Shown here piece by piece: positions 30,301 through 38,783 of a stretch of DNA of 64,000 nucleotides. Under the pieces are notes generated by a model. That model did no database searches. It saw only the letters and a program-made list of their open reading frames with translations, and had not been told where the DNA came from. Position 1 is the stretch's first letter; each line of letters begins with the position of its first letter. The position numbers were made by a program, and so were the translations under genes. The DNA lies in NCBI GenBank assembly GCA_946616365.1, contig CAMOIX010000004.1, positions 17,555-81,554 of the forward strand, given 5' to 3'. Origin of the DNA: an uncultured Lachnospiraceae bacterium (GTDB lineage Bacteria > Bacillota > Clostridia > Lachnospirales > Lachnospiraceae).

Positions 30301-31117
30301 CTGCAAGAATAAAGTGGCTAAGCCGAAGGTATTCATCCCGGTATTCCCCGGCACGAACTGCGAGTACGACACGGCGGCTGCATTTGAGAGAGCGGGAGCC
30401 GAGACCAGCGTAAGGATATTCAGAAACCGCGATGCACAGGACATCAGAGAGTCTGTAGAGGCCTTTGCGAAGGAGATCGCCGGAGCACAGATCATCATGT
30501 TCCCCGGAGGATTCTCGGCAGGTGATGAACCCGACGGAAGTGCCAAGTTCTTCGCAACCGCGTTCAGAAACGAGAAGATCAAGGAAGAGGTGGAGAAGCT
30601 CCTCGGAGAAAGAGACGGACTTGCACTTGGTATCTGTAACGGATTCCAGGCACTCATTAAGCTCGGTCTCGTACCTACGGGCAAGATAGTGGGTCAGGAT
30701 GAGAATTCACCGACTCTTACATTTAACACGATAAACCGTCATATATCCAAGATGGCTTATATCAAGGTGACTTCCAACAAGTCGCCCTGGCTCAGAAAGG
30801 CACAGCTCGGCGGAGTATACTGCAATCCCGCTTCACACGGAGAGGGAAGATTCGTAGCTCCGGATGCAGTGCTTAAGGCTCTCATCGAGAACGGCCAGGT
30901 GGCAACGAGATACTGCTCGCCCGACGGCACAGTTTCCATGGATGAGGAATACAATATCAACGGATCATTCCTTTCGATCGAGGGTATCACTTCACCCGAC
31001 GGACGAGTCCTCGGCAAGATGGCTCACTCCGAGAGAATCGGAAAGGGCGTAGCTGTAAATATCTACGGCCGGCAGGATCTTAAGATATTTGAGTCGGGCA
31101 TAGAGTATTTCAGATAA
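27326..31117 (+). CDS. purL: phosphoribosylformylglycinamidine synthase, single-chain large form
   Basis: 1263 aa with the FGAM synthetase core (ETHNHPTEIEPFGGAATCLGG) and a C-terminal glutaminase (GICNGFQAL, and a His in HGEGRF). Confidence 0.95.
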   Translation: MVRRIYVEKKKPFDVKAHELKHELKSYLGIVTEDVRVFIRYDVEDISDKVFEEACRTVFSEPPVDILYHETLDIPAGARVFSVEFLPGQFDQRADSAVQCVQFLDEKEQPTIRTAVTYMIIGNISDADMEKIEGYCINPVDSRMTGLDKPETLQVKYDEPGDIKIFDGFTKMSEAELKELYDSLSLAMTFKDFLHIRNYYENEEKRDPSLTEIRVLDTYWSDHCRHTTFSTELKNVEFGEGAYRAVFERAFADYMATRADLFKDRPEKFPCLMDLGTIAARRLRKEGVLDDEEVSDEINACSIVVPVEMDYGDHKETEEWLVFFKNETHNHPTEIEPFGGAATCLGGAIRDPLSGRGYVYQAMRVTGAADPTVSVSETMKGKLPQKKLVRTAAAGYSSYGNQIGLATGYVKEIYHPDYVAKRMEIGAVMGAAPRKHVKRENSDPGDIIILLGGRTGRDGCGGATGSSKAHNVKSIDTCGAEVQKGNAPTERKIQRLFRRPEVTRLIKKCNDFGAGGVSVAIGELADGLTVDLDKVPKKYAGLDGTELAISESQERMAVVVSPADVKEFLGYAAEENLEAVEVAVVTKEPRLVLNWRGKDIVNLSRAFLDTNGAHQETDVYVEIPDVDANPRKGFMNKNVAAAVAAGDTAAAWKASLADLNECSQKGLVEMFDSSIGAGSVTMPYGGVTQLTETQSMIAKLPVMKGETDTVTMMAFGFDPYISSWSPYHGAVYAVTESVARITASGGDPARIRLTFQEYFRRMSEDPKRWSQPFAALLGAYEAQIRYKLPSIGGKDSMSGTFGDIDVPPTLVSFAVDIAKGKNVVTPELKKAGDKLVLFRIPMGDYDLPDYEGTMKAYGEIHKLIEKGVIAAAYVADARGCAPALSKMAFGNRLGVKLGDKADDAVLFGWNVGCIIAEIAAGHETEAENAAIEKVFIGEVTAEAVIEAKGVKINLSDALTAWKEPLNRVFATKASDGTESVDCPLYDAKDIYVCKNKVAKPKVFIPVFPGTNCEYDTAAAFERAGAETSVRIFRNRDAQDIRESVEAFAKEIAGAQIIMFPGGFSAGDEPDGSAKFFATAFRNEKIKEEVEKLLGERDGLALGICNGFQALIKLGLVPTGKIVGQDENSPTLTFNTINRHISKMAYIKVTSNKSPWLRKAQLGGVYCNPASHGEGRFVAPDAVLKALIENGQVATRYCSPDGTVSMDEEYNINGSFLSIEGITSPDGRVLGKMAHSERIGKGVAVNIYGRQDLKIFESGIEYFR

Positions 31118-31147
31118 TACAGATCTTAATCATTGAAGGTGGAAAGT

Positions 31148-32287
31148 ATGAAAGCTTATCTGATCCTTGAGGACGGAACGGTCTTTGAAGGAGAACACAT
31201 AGGAGCGGAAAAGGAAGTAATAAGCGAGATCGTCTTCAATACTTCCATGGCGGGATATCCCGAGGTCTTGACGGACCCCTCCTACGCAGGACAGGCGGTA
31301 TGCATGACATATCCGCTCATAGGCAATTACGGAGTGTGCAGAGCCGATCTGGAGTCGGGCAGAGCATGGCCGGATGCCTTTATAGTGCGCGAGATGTCGA
31401 GAGTCGCGAGCAATTTCAGATGCGATGTGACATTGCCCGAGTACCTCGCAGAGCAGGGTATACCCGGACTGCAGGGCATCGATACCAGAGCACTCACAAG
31501 GATCTTGAGAGAGCGCGGAACGATGAACGGCTGCATCACAACCAGGGAATACAATGGCACAGAGCTCGAGGAACTCCTTAAGAGAGTCAAAGCATACACC
31601 TGCGGACGCGTCGTGGACAAGGTAACCTGCGACAAGGCATATGAAGTAAAGGGTGCGGATGCACTTCCTGACAGTACCGCATTTATGACGGTCAACGAGC
31701 TTAACGGCAAGGGGCTCAAGATAGCGCTCCTCGACTTCGGAACCAAATCAAACATAGCCAGAAGCCTTGCTGCAAGAGGATGCGATGTCACGGTATATCC
31801 GGCACATACACCCGCAAGCGAGATCCTGTCGGGTGGATATGACGGTATCATGCTTTCCAACGGCCCCGGCGATCCCAAGGAGAACACCGAGATCATCGCT
31901 GAGGTTAAGAAACTCTATGAGTCGGATGTCACGATATTTGCGATATGCTTGGGTCACCAGCTCATGGCACTTGCTACCGGAGCGGATACGCATAAGCTTA
32001 AGTACGGACACAGAGGAGGAAACCACCCCGTAAAGGACCTCGATACGGGTAAGGTATATATCTCATCACAGAACCACGGATATGTAGTTGATACGGATGC
32101 GCTCAATGCGAATGTTGCCGTCCCCGCTTTCGTTAATGTAAACGACGGAACGAATGAAGGACTCAAGTACACGGGCAAGAATATATTCACAGTACAGTTC
32201 CATCCCGAGAGCTGCCCCGGACCGAGGGATTCCGGAGATCTGTTTGACAAGTTTATAGGTATGATAAAGGAAGCGAAAAATGCCTAA
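31148..32287 (+). CDS. carA: carbamoyl-phosphate synthase small (glutaminase) subunit
   Basis: ATG at 31148 follows GAAGGTGGAAAG. MKAYLILEDGTVFEGEHIGA N-terminus, active site ICLGHQL, and HRGGNHPV. Confidence 0.93.
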   Translation: MKAYLILEDGTVFEGEHIGAEKEVISEIVFNTSMAGYPEVLTDPSYAGQAVCMTYPLIGNYGVCRADLESGRAWPDAFIVREMSRVASNFRCDVTLPEYLAEQGIPGLQGIDTRALTRILRERGTMNGCITTREYNGTELEELLKRVKAYTCGRVVDKVTCDKAYEVKGADALPDSTAFMTVNELNGKGLKIALLDFGTKSNIARSLAARGCDVTVYPAHTPASEILSGGYDGIMLSNGPGDPKENTEIIAEVKKLYESDVTIFAICLGHQLMALATGADTHKLKYGHRGGNHPVKDLDTGKVYISSQNHGYVVDTDALNANVAVPAFVNVNDGTNEGLKYTGKNIFTVQFHPESCPGPRDSGDLFDKFIGMIKEAKNA

Positions 32288-35200
32288 GAATAAAGACGTT
32301 AAAAGAGTAATGGTAATAGGCTCCGGCCCGATCGTCATAGGACAGGCTGCAGAGTTTGACTATGCGGGAACGCAGGCGTGCAGAGCGCTTAAGGAAGAAG
32401 GAGTCGAGGTCATTCTCGTCAACTCCAACCCCGCTACTATCATGACGGACCGTGACATAGCGGATAAGGTCTTTATAGAGCCGCTCGATGTCAAAGTCCT
32501 CGAGGATATCATTGAGAGGGAGAAGCCCGACTCCATACTTCCGACACTCGGAGGCCAGGCGGGACTTAATCTCGGCATGGAGCTCGAAGAGAGCGGATTC
32601 TTAAAGAGCCATAATGTAAAGCTACTCGGAACCAGCGCATGGACGATAAGGAGCGCAGAGGGACGTCAGGAATTTAAGGACCTCATGGAGAGGATAGGAG
32701 AGCCCTGTGCCGCATCGACAGTCGTTACCTCGGTAAAGGACGGTGAGGATTTCGCTGACCAGATAGGCTACCCGGTAGTGCTTCGCCCCGCATATACCCT
32801 CGGAGGAAGCGGAGGCGGAATAGCGCACAACAGAACGGAGCTCGATGAGATACTCGAGAACGGACTCAGACTATCCCGTACATCCGAAGTACTCGTAGAG
32901 AGATGTATAGCGGGATGGAAAGAGATCGAGTATGAGGTGATGAGAGACAGCGCCGGCAGCTGCATCACCGTATGTAACATGGAGAATATCGACCCCGTAG
33001 GAGTTCACACAGGAGATTCCATCGTAGTCGCTCCCTCACAGACTCTCATGGACAAGGAGTACCAGATGCTCCGTACGTCCGCATTAAAGATAATAAATGA
33101 ACTTAAGATCACGGGAGGATGTAATGTACAGTTTGCACTTCATCCCGAGAGTTTTGAATACTGTGTAATAGAGGTTAACCCCAGAGTCAGCCGTTCTTCG
33201 GCACTCGCATCCAAGGCTACAGGATATCCTATAGCAAAGGTTGCAGCCAAGATCGCACTTGGATATACGCTCGATGAGATACCAAATGCGATAACGGGAA
33301 AGACCTTCGCCAGCTTCGAGCCTGCGCTTGATTATTGCGTAGTCAAGATGCCCAGACTTCCTTTCGACAAATTCCTCACCGCCAAGAGAACCCTCACGAC
33401 TCAGATGAAGGCGACCGGTGAGGTTATGAGTATATGCAATAATTTCGGCGGCGCTCTCATGAAGGCCATAAGGAGTCTTGAGCAGCATGTAGACTGTCTG
33501 AGAAGCTATGATTTCACTGCGCTTACGGATGAGGAACTTGAGGCCCAGCTTAATGTCATAGATGACAGACGCATATGGGTCATCGCGGAAGCGCTTCGAC
33601 GCGGAGTATCCGAAGAGCATATCCATGAGATCACCAAGATCGATATCTGGTTCATCGATCAGATAGCGATACTTACGGAGATGGAAGGCGCACTTGAGAA
33701 ATCGGGAAAGAGTTTGGATGAGGATCTCTTAAGAGAAGCCAAGAGACTCGAATTCCCCGACAGCGTCATCGCGAGACTTACAGGTCTATCCGAGAAGGAA
33801 GTTCACGACAAGAGATATGAACTCGGCATTCATACCGCTTACAAGATGGTAGATACCTGCGCAGCTGAGTTTGCTGCGGCTACGCCTTACTACTACTCGG
33901 TATACGGTAAGTGCGAGGAGAACGAAGCCAGGGAGACCTGCGACCGCAAGAAAGTCCTCGTATTAGGTTCCGGTCCTATCAGAATAGGTCAGGGTATAGA
34001 GTTTGACTATTGCTCCGTACATGCGACCTGGTCTTTCTCCAAAGCCGGATACGAGACCATCATAGTAAACAATAACCCCGAGACGGTTTCTACCGATTTC
34101 GATATTGCAGATAAGCTCTACTTCGAACCTCTGACCGATGAGGATGTCGAGGAGATCGTCAGACTCGAGAAGCCCGACGGAGCAGTCGTACAGTTCGGCG
34201 GACAGACTGCGATCAAACTCACAGAGCACCTCATGAGGATAGGAGTACCCATCCTCGGAACCAAAGCAGAAGATGTCGATGCTGCCGAGGACAGAGAGCT
34301 CTTTGATCAGATACTCCAGAAGACCGGTATACCGCGCGCTGCGGGAGGTACCGTATTTACCGCAGAGGAAGCCAAGAAGATCGCCAATGAACTCGGATAT
34401 CCCGTGCTCGTGCGTCCCAGCTACGTACTCGGCGGACAGGGAATGCAGATCGCAACCTGTGACAAAGAGATCGAAGAGTTTATGGAGATCATCAACCGCA
34501 TTGCGCAGGATCACCCCATACTCGTAGATAAATATCTCATGGGCAAGGAGATAGAGGTTGATGCCGTATGTGACGGAGAGGATATACTCATCCCCGGTAT
34601 CATGGAACATATAGAGCGTACCGGAGTACACTCAGGAGACTCGATCTCCGTATATCCCGCACCGACTATCGGTAAACTCATCAAGGACAAGATCGCGGAC
34701 TATACACATCGTCTTGCGACTGCACTCCACGTCAAAGGACTTATCAATATACAGTTCATCGCCATAGATGAGGATGTATATGTCATAGAGGTCAACCCCA
34801 GATCCTCACGTACCGTACCTTACATCAGCAAGGTAACCGGTATCCCCATCGTAGATCTTGCGACCAAGGTCATACTGGGATCTAAGATAAAGGATCTCGG
34901 ATACAAGCCCGGACTTGCACCCGAAGCAGAGTACTATGCGATCAAGATGCCCGTATTCTCCTTTGAGAAGATCCGCGGAGCTGAGATAAGCTTAGGACCT
35001 GAGATGAAGTCCACCGGTGAGTGCCTCGGTATAGCCAAGACTTTCCACGAGGCTCTCTACAAGGCATTCCTCGGAGCCGGAGTAAAGCTTCCCAAGTATA
35101 AGCAGATGATCATCACCGTCAAGGATGCGGATAAGGGCGAAGCGATAGGCATAGCCAAGAGATACGAGAAACTCGGATATACGATCTATGCGACGAGAAG

Positions 35201-35492
35201 TACCGCCGCAGCTCTTAACGAAGCCGGCGTAAAGGCTCGTAAGGTCAACAAGATATCTCAGGAGAGCCCCACCGTCATGGACCTTATCCTGGGACATAAG
35301 ATAGACCTCGTAATAGACACTCCCACTCAGGGACGCGACAAGTCCAGGGATGGATTCCTCATCAGACGAAATGCCATCGAGACAGGCGTATACTGTATCA
35401 CGGCGATGGACACCGCGCGTGCTCTCGTCAACAGTATGGAACATGTCAATGAGAACGGTAAGCTTGAACCTGTAGATATTGCGGCCCTGTAG
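32280..35492 (+). CDS. carB: carbamoyl-phosphate synthase large subunit
   Basis: 1070 aa with duplicated ATP-grasp halves (VMVIGSGPIVIGQAAEFDYAG and VLVLGSGPIRIGQGIEFDY) and an MGS-like C-terminus. Overlaps the carA stop. Confidence 0.96.
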   Translation: MPKNKDVKRVMVIGSGPIVIGQAAEFDYAGTQACRALKEEGVEVILVNSNPATIMTDRDIADKVFIEPLDVKVLEDIIEREKPDSILPTLGGQAGLNLGMELEESGFLKSHNVKLLGTSAWTIRSAEGRQEFKDLMERIGEPCAASTVVTSVKDGEDFADQIGYPVVLRPAYTLGGSGGGIAHNRTELDEILENGLRLSRTSEVLVERCIAGWKEIEYEVMRDSAGSCITVCNMENIDPVGVHTGDSIVVAPSQTLMDKEYQMLRTSALKIINELKITGGCNVQFALHPESFEYCVIEVNPRVSRSSALASKATGYPIAKVAAKIALGYTLDEIPNAITGKTFASFEPALDYCVVKMPRLPFDKFLTAKRTLTTQMKATGEVMSICNNFGGALMKAIRSLEQHVDCLRSYDFTALTDEELEAQLNVIDDRRIWVIAEALRRGVSEEHIHEITKIDIWFIDQIAILTEMEGALEKSGKSLDEDLLREAKRLEFPDSVIARLTGLSEKEVHDKRYELGIHTAYKMVDTCAAEFAAATPYYYSVYGKCEENEARETCDRKKVLVLGSGPIRIGQGIEFDYCSVHATWSFSKAGYETIIVNNNPETVSTDFDIADKLYFEPLTDEDVEEIVRLEKPDGAVVQFGGQTAIKLTEHLMRIGVPILGTKAEDVDAAEDRELFDQILQKTGIPRAAGGTVFTAEEAKKIANELGYPVLVRPSYVLGGQGMQIATCDKEIEEFMEIINRIAQDHPILVDKYLMGKEIEVDAVCDGEDILIPGIMEHIERTGVHSGDSISVYPAPTIGKLIKDKIADYTHRLATALHVKGLINIQFIAIDEDVYVIEVNPRSSRTVPYISKVTGIPIVDLATKVILGSKIKDLGYKPGLAPEAEYYAIKMPVFSFEKIRGAEISLGPEMKSTGECLGIAKTFHEALYKAFLGAGVKLPKYKQMIITVKDADKGEAIGIAKRYEKLGYTIYATRSTAAALNEAGVKARKVNKISQESPTVMDLILGHKIDLVIDTPTQGRDKSRDGFLIRRNAIETGVYCITAMDTARALVNSMEHVNENGKLEPVDIAAL

Positions 35493-35539
35493 TATAAATG
35501 ATACCATTAAGGGCAGTTGGCAGCGCAAGGTGAGGACAG

Positions 35540-38500
35540 ATGAGCATAGTATATACCAGCGAAAAGTGTATAGGTTGCAATAAGTGCATCAAAGTATGCA
35601 GTGCTGTCGGTGCGTGCATTTCCGAGGAAAAAGACGGAAAGGCACGCATTATTGTAGACGGAGCTAAATGCGTAGCCTGCGGAAGCTGTATCGACGTATG
35701 CGCCCACGGAGCCAGAGAATTCGAGGACGATACCGGGAGATTCTTTGCAGACCTTAAGAAGGGCGAGAAGATATCGCTCCTTCTTGCACCTGCTTTCAAA
35801 GCAAACTATCCCGACGAGTACGAGAGCGTGCTCGGAGGATTAAAGCAGCTCGGAGTAAACCGCATCATAAGCGTGTCCTTCGGAGCTGATATAACGACCT
35901 GGGGCTATCTTAACTATATCAAAGAGCATGATTTCGTCGGAGGCATCTCGCAGCCCTGCCCCGCGCTCGTTTCATTTATCGAGAAATATATTCCCAAACT
36001 CATAGATAAGCTTTTCCCCGTGCAGAGTCCCCTTATGTGCGCAGCCATATATGCGAGAAAACAGATGGGGATCACGGACAAGTTTGCTTTTATCAGTCCT
36101 TGTATAGCAAAGAAAGTAGAGATAGATGATCCTCATAATGAAGGGCTCGTTCAGTACAATGTCACTTTTGAGCATCTCATGAAGTACATTCGTGATAATG
36201 ATATCAAAGGACCTTCCATACACAGTGAGATAGAGTACGGACTCGGATCCTTCTACCCTACGCCGGGCGGACTCGCAGAGAATGTCAGATGGTTCCTCGG
36301 AGACAGTGTATATATCAGACAGATAGAGGGTGAGAGACATCTCTACGAATGGCTCTATTCTAATGCGGACAGGATAAAGGATAACAAGACGCCTTTCCTC
36401 TTTATCGACGCGCTTAACTGCAAGAAGGGATGTATCTGCGGTACGGCGGTTAATCCCGATAAGGCAAAGACTGATGATGCGCTCTACGCGCTTCTCGATA
36501 TCAGAGAGAAATCCAAGAAGGCAGAGAAGGGCGATGCCTGGTCCAAGGCTGAGACACCCGAAGAGAGGCTCAGACTGTTTAACGAGCAGTTTGCTGACCT
36601 TGACCTGAATGATTATATCAGGGGATATACAGACAGATCCGCTGATTGTAAATTCAAGATACCTACCGAGGAAGAGTTCGACGAGATCTTTAAGAGCATG
36701 AACAAATTCACGGAGGAATCCAGAAATATCGACTGTACCTGCTGCGGATATGACCGCTGCAAGCACATGGCCCTCGCTATATACAATGGCTTCAACCATA
36801 AAGAGAACTGTATCTACTATGAGAAGACGATGGTACGTGAACTCGAAGTGGAGAAGGCTGTCGCAGAGGAAGCAAACCGTGCAAAGAGTTCTTTCCTTGC
36901 AAATATGAGCCACGAGATACGTACGCCTATCAATGCTGTCCTCGGTATGAACGAGATGATACTGCGTGAGAGCAATGAATCCGGCATCACATCGTATGCC
37001 GAATCGATAAGGAGTGCGGGCAATACGCTCCTCGGTCTGGTCAATAACATACTCGACTTCTCCAAGATAGAAGCCGGCAAGATGGATATCGTGGAGGTTA
37101 ATTACGACCTGTCCTCCGTCATCAACGATCTCGTCAATATGATCGCCATCAAAGCGCAGGATAAGGGCCTCGAGCTTGAGATGAGCTTTGATCAGCATAT
37201 TCCGAAGTCACTCTTCGGAGATGAGATCCGCATCAAGCAGATCATCACCAATATCCTTACGAATGCAGTCAAGTATACCGAGAAGGGTAAGGTTTCGTTT
37301 AATCTGGGATTTGAGAAGATTGAGTCGGATCCTGAACATATTGAGCTGAAGGTATCGGTAAAGGACACCGGTATAGGAATAAAGCAGGAAGATATCTCCA
37401 GACTCTTTGAGAAGTTTGACCGCATAGAGGAGGAGAGAAACAGAAATATCGAGGGTACCGGTCTCGGTATGAACATTACTCAGAGGCTTCTCGAGATGAT
37501 GGGATCGTCTCTGCAGGTGGAGAGTGTTTACGGCGAGGGTTCTACATTTAAGTTCTCTCTGAAGCAGAGAGTCGTCAAATGGGATGAACTCGGAGACTTC
37601 GAGTCCGCTTACAAGCAGTACGTCTCACAGAGAGAAAGTTATAAAGAGAAATTCACGGCACCTGAGGCGGAGGTTCTCGTCATCGATGATAACCCGATGA
37701 ACCTTATGGTATTTAAGAGTCTCCTCAAGCAGACGCTGATCAAGGTCGATGCGGCCAATGACGGATACGAGGGACTTGAATTCGCACAGAAAAAGAAATA
37801 TGACATCATATTCTTTGATCATATGATGCCCGGTATGGATGGTATAGAGACTCTGCACAGGATGCGCGCGGAAGACGGCCCCAATAAGGGTACTGTCTCC
37901 GTATGCCTCACGGCCAATGCAATATCCGGAGCGAGAGAGGAATACATCAAAGCGGGATTTGACGATTATCTCACCAAGCCCGTAGATCCTCCCAAGATAG
38001 AGAGCATGCTCGTCATGTATCTCCCGAAGGATAAGGTCATCATAACCACCGACACCGGAGAGGACAGCGCTGAAGATGAGAAGTATCCCGAGTATCTTGA
38101 GATGCTTGGCAAGTTCCCCGGTATAGATCTGAAGACCGGAATAAGCATCAGCGGCGGAGTGGATGAGTATGTATCCGTGCTCAAGATATTCGATGAATTC
38201 TTTGATGATAAGTATAACGAACTTCAGGGATTCTACGATACCGATGATATAACCGACTACACGATCAAGGTCCATGCCATGAAGAGCTCTCTCAAGATCA
38301 TCGGTGCAGGCAGATTTGCAGAGAAGGCACAGGCTCTTGAGAACGCGGGTAAGAGCGGAGATATTGCCTATATCAAAGAAAATCATGCTCCTTTCATGGA
38401 TGAACTGAAGACATACAAGAACCCCGTATCGGAAGCGCTGGCTGCGGAAGCGGAAGCGAATGCACCTGCACCTCCGGAGGCAGAATCCATCGATCTCGAG

Positions 38501-38686
38501 TGGATGGATGAGATCTACGGAGAGATGAAGGATGCGGCACAGTGCAAGGAGATGAACCGTATCACGAGCATCCTTGATGAACTTCGCGATTTCGATGTCC
38601 CGGCCGGAGAACGCGAGAAACTCGACCAGATAGAAAACTGCGCAGAGGCAGGAGATTTCGAAGCAATATTGGCAGTGATAGGATAA
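35540..38686 (+). CDS. hybrid histidine kinase with ferredoxin + [FeFe]-hydrogenase-like + FeS-motif sensor, REC and Hpt
   Basis: 1048 aa. 2x[4Fe-4S] motifs (CIGCNKCIKVC; CVACGSCIDVC). Fe_hyd_lg_C-like region with SQPCP (C140), SPCIAKKVE (C188) and NCKKGCICG (C294/C298/C300). DCTCCGYDRCKHMALAIYNG...C (399-424). H-box FLANMSHEIRTPINAVLGMNEMIL, HATPase, REC (VLVIDDNPMN...FFDHMMPGMDG) and Hpt (VHAMKSSLKIIG). Confidence 0.88.
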   Translation: MSIVYTSEKCIGCNKCIKVCSAVGACISEEKDGKARIIVDGAKCVACGSCIDVCAHGAREFEDDTGRFFADLKKGEKISLLLAPAFKANYPDEYESVLGGLKQLGVNRIISVSFGADITTWGYLNYIKEHDFVGGISQPCPALVSFIEKYIPKLIDKLFPVQSPLMCAAIYARKQMGITDKFAFISPCIAKKVEIDDPHNEGLVQYNVTFEHLMKYIRDNDIKGPSIHSEIEYGLGSFYPTPGGLAENVRWFLGDSVYIRQIEGERHLYEWLYSNADRIKDNKTPFLFIDALNCKKGCICGTAVNPDKAKTDDALYALLDIREKSKKAEKGDAWSKAETPEERLRLFNEQFADLDLNDYIRGYTDRSADCKFKIPTEEEFDEIFKSMNKFTEESRNIDCTCCGYDRCKHMALAIYNGFNHKENCIYYEKTMVRELEVEKAVAEEANRAKSSFLANMSHEIRTPINAVLGMNEMILRESNESGITSYAESIRSAGNTLLGLVNNILDFSKIEAGKMDIVEVNYDLSSVINDLVNMIAIKAQDKGLELEMSFDQHIPKSLFGDEIRIKQIITNILTNAVKYTEKGKVSFNLGFEKIESDPEHIELKVSVKDTGIGIKQEDISRLFEKFDRIEEERNRNIEGTGLGMNITQRLLEMMGSSLQVESVYGEGSTFKFSLKQRVVKWDELGDFESAYKQYVSQRESYKEKFTAPEAEVLVIDDNPMNLMVFKSLLKQTLIKVDAANDGYEGLEFAQKKKYDIIFFDHMMPGMDGIETLHRMRAEDGPNKGTVSVCLTANAISGAREEYIKAGFDDYLTKPVDPPKIESMLVMYLPKDKVIITTDTGEDSAEDEKYPEYLEMLGKFPGIDLKTGISISGGVDEYVSVLKIFDEFFDDKYNELQGFYDTDDITDYTIKVHAMKSSLKIIGAGRFAEKAQALENAGKSGDIAYIKENHAPFMDELKTYKNPVSEALAAEAEANAPAPPEAESIDLEWMDEIYGEMKDAAQCKEMNRITSILDELRDFDVPAGEREKLDQIENCAEAGDFEAILAVIG

Positions 38687-38732
38687 AAGTATGGGATATT
38701 GCATGAGCAGGGAATATGTGATGAGGTTTGGC

Positions 38733-38767
38733 ACGCCATGATCAGAAGTGATCGTTGACCATGGCGT
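38733..38767. terminator. imperfect hairpin between convergent genes (weak terminator candidate)
   Basis: ACGCCATGATC pairs with GACCATGGCGT (10 of 11 bp) with a 13-nt loop. The flanks are only modestly T/A-rich. Confidence 0.35.
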
Positions 38768-38783
38768 TTAATATCAAGGATTA

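Noticed and set aside
35972-38734. Very long antisense ORFs (408 aa at 35972-37198 and 369 aa at 37625-38734, minus strand) opposite the Fe-hydrogenase-like kinase. Similar cases occur at 3110-3868, 21478-22257, 27878-28633 and 33963-34631.
   Set aside because: Their translations have no recognisable motifs and have odd composition. They lie exactly opposite genes with unambiguous domain signatures. The host codon bias (few TTA, CTA and TCA codons) removes stop codons from the antisense frame, which explains such shadow ORFs.
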